From Octopus bimaculoides (Eukaryota), in assembly GCF_001194135.2 (NCBI RefSeq), contig NC_068983.1, forward strand, positions 32,332,920 to 32,396,919: 64,000 nt of DNA. Reading direction: 5' to 3'. A program made the translations under genes and the position numbers. This document shows positions 54,049-64,000 of this stretch, piece after piece. How positions within the stretch are numbered: position 1 is the first letter of the stretch; each line of letters begins with the position of its first letter. The notes below the pieces were generated by a model. The model ran no database searches and was not told the origin of the DNA. It saw only the letters and a list, made by a program, of their open reading frames with translations.

Positions 54049-54377
54049 TAATAATCCTTTTCTCTTCTGCTATAGGCACAAGGCCTGAAATTTTGGAGAA
54101 GGGTCATTTGATCACATTGACCCCAGTACATAACATACTTATTTCATTGACTGCAAAAAGATGGAAAGCAAAGTTGGCTTTGGCAGAATTTGAACTCAGA
54201 AAGTAAAGACAAAGGAAATATTGCTAAGCATCTTGTCTGGCGTGTTAACTATTCTGGCAGCTCACCTCCTTAATAATAATTTTGTATTATTAATTGTTGT
54301 TATCCATTGATTAGGTGTTTTTCATCAGAATTATTTTGCTTTGGTTTTACATATCTATTTTGATTTCTCTGTTGTAG

Positions 54378-54495
54378 AATTTTATTCGAAATCATCCCGA
54401 GTGCACCTTAGTGGACCCATTAGAGAATGTATGTCGATTACTTAATCGTTATGAACAATACTTGCAAGTACAGAAGTTGGAACTCTCTAGTAATG
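54378..54495 (+). CDS. ITPK1: ITPK1 coding exon NFIRNHPECTLVDPLENVCRLLNRYEQYLQVQKLELSSN(G)
   Basis: gatttctctgttgtAG...G/GTGAGT, 118 nt. It matches human EYIDAHPETIVLDPLPAIRTLLDRSKSYE (HPE..xDPL...LL.R). Confidence 0.93.
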
Positions 54496-55774
54496 GTGAG
54501 TATAAAAATTTCCATAATTGTTCTCAAGATAGATGAGTGATCAATTAGTTTTGTTTTTTTAATCACAAGTTAGTCTGGATTGTTTAAACCAGGGGTTGGT
54601 TCTCAACCATTTTCTATCTGTTGATCCCCTTGGAGTACTATTTTATTCTGGTGGACCCCCATAGCCAATCTATATTTAAAAACTAGTCATATAGGAACTT
54701 CTTTCAAAATTCCTATGTGAAAGAAACTTAGCTGTTTCTTGCAATACATACATCTAAAGCAAAAGTTTTTTAAAGGCTCTTAAAATACTATTGTGGATCC
54801 TCAATTTACTCTTTTGTTGTGTAAACCCCTCACAATCTTATAATGGACCCTCAAGGGCCATATCCACTGGCCAAGGACATTCCAGCTGTAACCAGCATTT
54901 TTTTTTCTGCTGTGTGTTGTTCTTCCTTTTCTTAAAACAGTGGCATGTGATACAAATGTGATACTTCAGTGGTTGCATCAGCGGAGAAAGTAGCAACAGT
55001 GTTTCTTCAAATTTTTTATAGTCTCAGGGTACAAAGTGATCCTCTTTTATACTTCTTTATCTTTTACTTGTTTCAGTCATTAGACTGCAACCATGCTGGG
55101 GCACTGCCTTGAATATTTAGCCAAATGAATCGAACCTGGTACTTATTTTATTGGACCCTTTTGCCGAACTGCTAGATAGACATAAAAGCACCAGCATCTG
55201 TTCTCAAATGGTGGTGGACAGACAAAAAAAAAGACACGTGCACNNNNNNNNNNNNNNNNNNNNNNNNNNNNNNNNNNNNNNNNNNNNNNNNNNNNNNNNN
55301 NNNNNNNNNNNNNNNNNNNNNNNNNNNNNNNNNNNNNNNNNNNNNNNNNNNNNNNNNNNNNNNNNNNNNNNNNNNNNNNNNNNNNNNNNNNNNNNNNNNN
55401 NNNNNNNNNNNNNNNNNNNNNNNNNNNNNNNNNNNNNNNNNNNNNNNNNNNNNNNNNNNNNNNNNNNNNNNNNNNNNNNNNNNNNNNNNNNNNNNNNNNN
55501 NNNNNNNNNNNNNNNNNNNNNNNNNNNNNNNNNNNNNNNNNNNNNNNNNNNNNNNNNNNNNNNNNNNNNNNNNNNNNNNNNNNNNNNNNNNNNNNNNNNN
55601 NNNNNNNNNNNNNNNNNNNNNNNNNNNNNNNNNNNNNNNNNNNNNNNNNNNNNNNNNNNNNNNNNNNNNNNNNNNNNNNNNNNNNNNNNNNNNNCCCCCC
55701 CCCTATCACCACCACCACTGAATTCTTGAAAAAATATGAACGTAATGGGGTAAGAATTTGCCTAGTTTTGTACC

Positions 55775-56523
55775 TTGGGAAAGTCATTATACTAATAATA
55801 AACCGCACACTGGTTCTATTTCACTTTTTTATTATTTATTTGTCAATTGGTTAACTATTTAACCACTTAACTAATCAGTCGGTTAGGTTTGTCAAAGTCC
55901 TTTCATTGCTATTCGCAACTCCATTAATGACATGCCATCATAAATGGTGGCAAAAATGCTTTAACAACCTAAATGATTGATTGATGAATTGATCAATTAA
56001 TCAGACAATTGATTAGTTAAGAAGAAAAATGCTTTTCCTACAGTCAGTTATACAACAGATCACATTTTAAATTATAACATTTAGATACAAAATAACAGAA
56101 TAAACAAAGCTGAAAACGGAAAAGAAAAAATGTGGGGTGTAAAGCAACTGTTGATGGAGGAGAAGGGACAGTGGGCTACACACACTGGAACAAATGATGT
56201 ACTGAACTGCACCCTGCACTAATGACCATGATGGCATTGCTGCAGAGAATGGCCAGTGATACTTGCTGCAGCAGTCACTCCATCTCGAGATGCTCATTTC
56301 TCAGATGGGCCATTGTTATATCACAATTTTGCAGAAGAAATTGGTAGTATAGGGTCTGAGAATATATGATGTCTTAATGGCAAGCGACACAAACTGATAG
56401 CAACTGGTTCAGTCCCCTGTAATTAGTTAAGTAGTTAAATAGTTAACCAATTGACAAATAAATAATGAAGAAGTGAAATAGAACCAGTACATGTGTTTAT
56501 TATTAACATAATGACCCTCTCAA
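55775..56523. repeat. Long-TIR foldback element (~100-bp arms)
   Basis: 55775-55875 is approximately the reverse complement of 56422-56523. Confidence 0.8.
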
Positions 56524-56650
56524 AACCCAACAGAATATGTTTAAAGACACCTGTTCTCATCAAGAATCTTACAAACTAAATACAAAAATGAAATTTGTCA
56601 AGTGCTGTCAATCTTTAAGATGCTGTGCAGTTTGTTCTAACATGAGATAA

Positions 56651-57332
56651 GCCTTTAGCATCCAGATTACGCTGTCAAATGTAATGCTTATTCATTCACA
56701 TTGTTTCAAATTAATCATATATTATCTTGTAGCATTGAGATTTCAATGATGTGATTGTTAATTTTAGAATGACATACGGTAGGTGTGAAAATCCAGATCT
56801 GACCAATATGAACATAAAAAAAAAAAAAAGATAGAAAATTTGGGTTGGATACAGCTGTTGAAGTGCTACATCTGACCGGTGCTAATGTATAGATGTGAGT
56901 CTTGGACAATAAGAAAAGTCATGGAGAAGAGATTCAAAGCTGCAGGAATGTGGTTTTATAGAAAAATGCTTAGAATCTTGTGGGTACATAGGATGACAAA
57001 TGTGGAAGTGTTGAAGAAGATGAAAGTAAAGAAACAGCTGATGGATACTATCAGAGAGATACAGTGGAGATTTCTTGGTCATTTTCTCAGAGAGAATGAT
57101 GGAATGGAGCATTACATGGTGGAGACTGAGCTGGTGGGAAGGAGAGCGAGAGGAAGGCAGAGAATGAAGATGTTCGACTGGATGAAGAAGAGAATGAACG
57201 TGCAAAGCGAGAAAGACCTAGGTGATGTTGGGGGAGACAGACATAAATGGAGGAGGAACAAGCCATGATTCGTCAACGGTATGAATATGCCATGACATAA
57301 GAGTAGAGATAGCTGTTGTAAATGCTGAAGGG
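56651..57332. mobile_element. TTAA-flanked (piggyBac-like) MITE interrupted by a LINE
   Basis: Ends (a)TAA-GCCTTTAGCAT ... ATGCTGAAGGG-TTAA. An internal homolog lies at about 46690-46835. Confidence 0.6.
56861..57310 (+). mobile_element. Different RTE-like LINE 3' end with 8-bp target-site duplication
   Basis: LMYRCESWTIRK.MEKRFKAAGMWFYRKMLRILWV.RMTNVEVLKKM...QWRFLGH.LR...GRRARGRQR. AGCTGTTG flanks it at 56853-56860 and 57311-57318. Confidence 0.85.
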
Positions 57333-57881
57333 TTAAATTTGACCATTTATTCCATAAAGCTAGCACATCAATAATGCGCTTGTTTCAAACAAATTTGATA
57401 AATTATTTTGTAATTTTAATTTCCTTTATACACTAATTGCTTAAAGTATATGCTGGTTTTCATGTGAACAGTTTAAATGGAGCATAGTTCAGTGACTCTT
57501 GGCATTCCCCCTCCTCCTCATCTTGTGTTATAGCTATTGATGCTACTACTACCACCAACATTAGTACAGCTATCATTACTATAACTGTCACTACTACTAC
57601 TTACTACTTGTCCTCTTCTTTTTATAAGATATGGGTTGTGATTTGACAGTAGCTGTTTAGCTGCTATTTCAATCATGGCCACTGCCTATTGAGTGAAACA
57701 GGAAAAAAGGAATAAAAGATGTTCTATTAGTCAATCATATCAATACTAGTTACATGCTTTAGTTCTGATATTCATTTCATCAATATCTCTTTATCAAATA
57801 TCTAAGTAATGCTTTGACATAAAAGAACACAACACACAAGCTTACACTGGTAAAAATCAACAAAGTACAACTTATACACAT

Positions 57882-57928
<47 letters not shown>

Positions 57929-60008
57929 CACACACACATATACACACACACATACATATATATACACACACACACACACTCACGTACATTTATTTGTCTC
58001 ACACACACACATATATACATACACACATACGTCCATCTATTTGTCTGCCAGTCTATCTACTAACTTGTCCACTTTAAAACATCATCATTTTAATGCTCAC
58101 TTCTCCATACTTGTATGAGTTAGACAGTATTCGTTGAGGTCACTTTCTGTGATGGCATATATTGGATGGGTTATGACAGTCTGGATCAATTCTTGTTTGG
58201 AATTAATGCGCATCTAGTTAAGTCAGGGACCATGCTTTACTCATAAGTACCCTTGCTATAGAAACCATTTGTAGAGTGCAGTGGGTGCATTTTAGCTTGA
58301 GACTAGCACTAGAGTAGTTGTCTAGTTCTTGGGTCCTTTCTAGTTTGTTATCTCTGTACATTTACCATCCACATAACAGGTAAATTTTATCACGACACTA
58401 AAATTAGAGATTTTTGATTTATCTTTGTAAAGACTAAAGTCTTCTCTCTACTCTATTATCTCTGTACATTTAAGGCAGCATGATCAGAATGAACAGAAAT
58501 GAGAGTGATGAAGAGAAAACTTGGGTAAGAGGATGATAAAAAAAAAATGATAGTGGAAGGACAAGAGTAAACAGGCAGTGGAGGAGGTAATCATGGAAGA
58601 AAGACAATAATAGGCAGCTATATCATAGTTGTTGGTAAAGACATCAAATAGAAATAACAGCATGAATGACTATTTGACTAGAGAGAAAGAGTGAGTGAGT
58701 GAGTGATAGAAAGGAGATTCTCTTTCCTCTTTCTGATGATATATATATTTGACAGGCTTTTCACAGTTTCTATCTTGCAAATTCTACTCACAAACTATTT
58801 GTCAAACTAACACTCCACAACATTTACCAAAGGTGCCACACAATGAGACTACACATGGAACTATATGAGTGCTAAGTGCTCTCAACCACTATGTTTGTGC
58901 CATGCATGTGTGTGTGAATATGTATGTGTGTGCATATATGATTGTATGTGTCTGTATATTTATATGTGCATGTATATATGTGTATGTGTATATTACTAAA
59001 AAAATTCAGTTTTGAGTCACCCTGTTATTAAATTGATATTGTCTGTCTGCTATTCTAATCATCTTACATTTGTTTCCATGCTAGCTTGGGTTGGATACTT
59101 CAACAGGATCCAACAAGTTGGAAGAATATGTTGTGCTTCACTGTCTTAGTTTTCGCATGGTTTCTATGCCTGAATGCTCTTCCTAATATCAATCCCTTTA
59201 ATAAGTGTATTGAGTGCATTTTTATAACACCAGCACTAGCAAGATTGCCTTGCAACTTGCAAGGATAAAGAGCCTAAAGAAAGGCTCCATGATAGAAAGG
59301 AGCATAAGAGAGTGAGTGACGGATTAAGGCAAGGTGATGAGAGAAGTTAGAGTATAATAAAAGGAACTGAAATATTGTGGGAGAGTAGCAGTGAAGAGAG
59401 CAACTTAGTAGATACTGTTGGAGGAGGGAGTGTGGAAAGAAAAGAAAAAAAGGGATTTGAAGCAGAGATATCCATTGCTATCCCACGTTATTTGGGTGAT
59501 TATAAGTGAAAGGTATGAAGAAAGTGAACAAGAAAAAGAAAAAGATGAGGGTAGCAAGAATCTGGAGAGGGTCATAGAAGGAGAGATCTGTGTGTGTGTG
59601 AGTGGGAGTCAAAGATGTGAGCCAGAGATGGAAAGATGACAGTGTTGAGGTCATGGAATGAGGATAGAATAGTATGAGAAAGAGAAGTTGGAGGGTACCA
59701 GTCTTAACAGATGTAAAGTTAATGTTTTGGAGTACTGCTGAGTACATGGTTATGTGTTCAAAATCTTACTGCGACAGCCATTATGTCATGTCTCTCATTA
59801 AGACATATATCTTTGCTCTAGTTTGTCCGACAAACAAAACTAGATTCTACCATCTACTGTACAGTTGAAGAATTAAGAGTAAGAAAAACAATTATAACCA
59901 ATATTTATTTTAATACAATAAAAGAAAAGAATGGATATAGTAAAAAAAACATATATATGCACCTGTAATGTGAGCTGGATGAAATATACAAGTGGAGTGA
60001 AAAGAATA

Positions 60009-60660
60009 GCATGCAGTTCAATGCTGAAAAGTTTCAAGCCTTGTGCTATCAACATGCAAAACTAAATGCAGTACCCATTAAATACACTGGACCTGGAGGG
60101 ATTGCAACGAAGCTACACGAAGAAGATAGCCTCTATGCAGCATACAAGCTATTGGGAAAGACTCAAGAGATTAAGACTCTATTCCTTAGAGCGTAGACGA
60201 GAAAGATATGCCATAATATACATCTGGAAGATCCTCGAAGGACTTGTCCCAAACTTTGGTATTGAGAGTTACACAAATACTAGAACAGGGCGCCACTGCA
60301 TAAGTGCTAAGGACTCCAAATTTGCCATCAAGATGTAGGACAAGATATTGTAATAGCCCGGGCTTCAGAGGTCCAGAGCTCTTCAATATCCTCCCGAAGG
60401 ACCTGAGAGACCTGCATGGGGTGGATGTAGGTGTCTTTAAAATAAAGCTGGACCTCTTTCTGTCAAGTGTCCCAGATGAACCAACTTCGCAACAGGAGGT
60501 ACAGATGAGGGCAGCTGCATCAAACTCTCTCATGCACCAAATGTCAATTCCTGAAAAGTATTCGTGAAGTGAAATTGTGCAGCAACATCAAATGGCGGTG
60601 CCCCAGCATGGCCACAGCTCGTGAGCTGAAACTAGATAAAATAAATAATATAAAAAATAA
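60009..60660 (+). mobile_element. CR1/L2-group LINE 3' end (internally deleted)
   Basis: MQFNAEKFQAL...LEGLQRSYTKKI.SM...SYWERLKRLRLYSLERRRERY.IIYIWKILEGLVPN...GPELFNILP..LR....FK.KLDLFL..VPDEP, followed by a short tail and an A-rich end. Confidence 0.85.
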
Positions 60661-61214
60661 AAAATATACTCAGTCACTTCTTCTGCTCAACTTTGACAAT
60701 AGAATACTAATGCTAATATACTGGTATGTTCCTTTAAACAAGTTATATAACTCTAGTTACTTCAGCTTCAAAGTTGTGTGAGGATTCAATTGTAACAAAG
60801 AACAGCTAATTGCAATAACACTTGCTCTATCAATATACAACTGTAACAAATTACAGGAAAACATTGATCTCAGCTATGTTACTGAAATAAGATGGGTAAA
60901 AAAATAATATACATTTTTTGTGTGTATATCTGTATATATTCTGTCAATGGTTTTCACCATTGGACTGACCATACTGGAAGACCTCTTCTGTTTTTTTTCT
61001 TATTCTCTATATTGACCCTAATACGTGTCCTTGAAGGGAGATAACTCAGTCGAGCATGAATAATGCAGTTTATTCTTGCTTGACGTTCAGTTTCTGCTCA
61101 TTGGTCACCTTCCCNNNNNNNNNNNNNNNNNNNNNNNNNNNNNNNNNNNNNNNNNNNNNNNNNNNNNNNNNNNNNNNNNNNNNNNNNNNNNNNNNNNNNN
61201 NNNNNNNNNNNNNN

Positions 61215-61259
<45 letters not shown>

Positions 61260-61582
61260 AAACATCGGGATACCATTTTCCATCCACTATATATAATTCA
61301 TATTGTAGTGGTCAGCCTGAAGCTGTTAGAAGACACTTGCTCAATGTACTGTGTAGCAGGAATGTACATGGTATCATGCGATTACAAAGCCAAATTTCAT
61401 GACTACATAGTTTTACCTGTCCCTATAAAAATATTTACAACACCTGGGTTTCAGTAGCTGTCACCCATCTAATCAGACTTGACATTATTTAACTTTATTG
61501 AAAAGATGAGAAGTGTTGCCATGTGAGATGAGCAAACATTGTTTTTCTATTAAGAGTTAACAAATGATAATTCTCTTTTCAG

Positions 61583-61681
61583 GTATAGAAGTTTTTGTTC
61601 CTACATTTGTTGAACTCAAATCAAATGTTATTGAGGAAAACAAATGTAAATTAAAGGCTGCCAACATGGAGTTTCCTTTTG
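61583..61681 (+). CDS. ITPK1: ITPK1 coding exon (G)IEVFVPTFVELKSNVIEENKCKLKAANMEFPF(V)
   Basis: ttctcttttcAG...G/GTGAGT, 99 nt, phase 1 to phase 1, in frame with the previous exon. It matches human ICSPPFMELTS...LEKNGLTFPFI. Confidence 0.9.
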
Positions 61682-61881
61682 GTGAGTGTTATATCTTTTT
61701 TTTTGTTTTAATTTTTGTTTTGAACTTATTTGACGATTCAAAAGAATATTTTTTACCAAAAGGACTTTTAGTCAAAACTTTCAAAAATGTCTGAGGTCTT
61801 CCTTTTACATTAAACTTGACATGGGTCATTATTTTGATATATATTGCATTCATTCATTCATACATATATATATGTGTGTGT

Positions 61882-61922
<41 letters not shown>

Positions 61923-62251
61923 TGTCTTCTGTATTTAATCATTTAAATTCTTTCTCTGTTTGTCTGTGTGCCTGTACATATGTATGTTTATACATACATA
62001 TGTATGTATAATGAAAGGTTGCATACATGCATATTTGTGTGTAACCTTTCATCATAAATATTCAATGTATTTCATCATCAGAATTTGTTGCCTAAAGAGC
62101 CCCCCACACACACACTACGAGGGGTTTAGTTTACTAATGATCTAAACCATTAGGTATTCTGCATAATTGGTATAATTGGTTATCCATTAGGTTCCAAGTT
62201 CACAGGTGAGACTGGTGCCAGGGATCTGTAGTAGGCTTCCAAGTTTGCAGG

Positions 62252-62283
<32 letters not shown>

Positions 62284-62287
<4 letters not shown>

Positions 62288-62369
62288 GGGTATATAAAAA
62301 GTTTTGAGCCTTGAAGTCTTGTACCTTCATGAGAAGTCTTGAGGCTTGATACTTTTCATACACCCCTCG
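62284..62369. mobile_element. Tc1/mariner mini-MITE
   Basis: TA-flanked, with ~28-bp TIRs (TGAGGGGTATATAAAAAGTTTTGAGCCT vs reverse complement CGAGGGGTGTATGAAAAGTATCAAGCCT), inside (TA)n. Confidence 0.8.
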
Positions 62370-62423
<54 letters not shown>

Positions 62424-63185
62424 GGGGGAGAATTCACAAAAAAGACAAAGACAGGTGGTGTAGACAACAAACAGATGTATTGGTATAATGCTCGGGAAGT
62501 GAAAAAGTCTTTAACGTTTTGAGCCTACGCTCTTCCACAGAAAGAAACCAGGAGAGAAAATAAAGAATGTGTAGTGGCTAGCGATATATATATATGTATA
62601 TATATATATATACACACACACACACATGCACACAGCAAGGGCCACAACTTCCCTTCATCTTTCCTAGTCATTAGCCAACATCTTATCTGATCTCTGTTGT
62701 TGCTCAACCAACCCCTTTGTAGTTTTCTTTTGTTGGATGTCATGATGTTTAATAAAGCAGTGTGAATTAGACAGTTTAACAGGATGCAATGAAATCTTTT
62801 CCTGAACTCCCTCAGAACCTCCTGTCTGGCTAGAGGGATGTAGATGATTCCCTTGCTGCTGAAAAAAGGGATTGTTATGAGCTCCCTGGTGGACTTGTTT
62901 TGTCTGGTATCTTGTGCCAGTATGAAACAGATACTTGCCTTATATAAGTTAATACATTCACAGTTGAGCATTTCATAAGTTTCCATAGTATTATTTGTTG
63001 CCCAATTTAACACAAAAATTCATTGTATAGTGAACTTCCAAAGTGTCTGTACATCTTGACTGCATTCTGTAAATTAGTCAGCTGTGACCAGCAATGTTTA
63101 GTAGGGTGTGTTCAATGTGCTGGAACAGCTGTTTCCTTCAATTTGGAATAACAAAGGCAGGTAAGTCACCTCATATTTTATTAAT

Positions 63186-63572
63186 AACAACAGCACACAG
63201 TGCAAACCTCTGCCACGGCAACACCAATGTCCTCTCAATGATTAGCCAGAGATGATTTTTAAAATGAGAATATCTGAAATAAACTCGACTGCTCTCATGA
63301 ACGAGAATAGTAAAAATGAACCCAACTGCTCTCAAAAAATAAAGTGCAAAAAGAGGAAAAATAATCCAGAATCCTTGTCCGGTACCAGATTGACCCCCCC
63401 CCAAAATCTAATCAGTTTGTGTTAGTCACAAGGCCAAACGTCCCTGAAAGTTTCATCCAAATCCATCCAGCGGTTCTTGAGATATCTTGTCCACGGACAA
63501 ACAAACAAACAAACAAACAAACAAACATGACTGAAAACAATACCCCTGCCGTCGCTAAGGTGGAGGTGATAA
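63186..63572 (+). mobile_element. Non-autonomous Helentron (HINE/DINE-like)
   Basis: Subterminal inverted repeats ACCTCTGCCACGG / CTAAGGTGGAGGT, a 3' stem-loop, a (CAAA)n tract and the typical aaagtttcatccaaatccatccagcggttcttgagatat core. Confidence 0.65.
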
Positions 63573-63898
63573 TCAGAAGTTAGAGAGGGACTCAATGTGT
63601 GTGTGTGTAAATAAGTGTCACTGTCATACAAGCAATGATCCTTCACTTTCAATCTGTCTGGTTATTAGAAAATATTATCTTGGTGAGAAACAGCTGAACT
63701 TTGATGAGATGTGGCATCTGATCATGGAAAACCTGCATCAATGAATACTTTCTGACACATGTAGTTATGGAAAAGTGAATGTTAAAATGATGATGATGAT
63801 AGCATGTATTTGTAATCATCATTGTTTAACATCTGTTTTCCATGCTAGCGATATATGTATGTATGTGTGTGCGTGCATGTGTGTGTGTGTTTGTGTAA

Positions 63899-63920
63899 TC
63901 TCTATATATAAAAATGAGAA

Positions 63921-63983
<63 letters not shown>

Positions 63984-64000
63984 GTGTGTGTGTGTGTGTG
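63899..64000 (+). mobile_element. Probable Helitron 5' terminus with (TGTC)n
   Basis: A/TC(TC)TATATATAAAAATGAGAATGTCTGTCTG... resembles the 5' ends of non-autonomous Helitrons. It runs off the window. Confidence 0.5.

Noticed and set aside
62525-63013. 162-aa minus-strand ORF (MLNWATNNTMETY...)
   Set aside because: Only a faint resemblance to a decayed LINE protein and no splice structure. It cannot be assigned by eye.
63196-63230. cacag/TGCAAACCTCTG (CKPL), resembling the next expected ITPK1 exon
   Set aside because: Wrong phase, no pyrimidine tract, no AHG motif, and it is the 5' end of the Helentron-like element.

Overview
AT-rich, microsatellite- and gap-rich animal genomic DNA. The repeat families and assembly style suggest an octopod cephalopod (inference, not proven). 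The window is almost entirely intronic sequence of one + strand gene, inositol-tetrakisphosphate 1-kinase (ITPK1). Four coding exons are visible: 23123-23147, 38661-38786, 54378-54495 and 61583-61681 (25, 126, 118 and 99 nt), all AG/GT-bounded and joining in frame. The N-terminal coding exon and the later exons were not found. The introns hold tRNA-type SINEs, RTE, CR1-like and Tx1-like LINE fragments, three Penelope-like (GIY-YIG) fragments, a decayed Charlie-type hAT transposase, hAT/mariner/TTAA MITEs and Helitron/Helentron pieces. The most striking feature is a sense-strand minimal type I hammerhead ribozyme (27836-27878). It lies in a 349-bp unit with a 104-bp terminal redundancy and a 97-bp inverted copy, a retrozyme/Penelope-pLTR-like architecture. 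Two more degenerate hammerhead-like motifs occur elsewhere. Other points of note: a tandemly duplicated splice donor behind the 25-nt microexon, a Gly-to-Glu codon that A-to-I editing could revert, and inverted SINEs bracketing that exon. All long ORFs in the supplied track that run through N gaps or microsatellites are artefacts.
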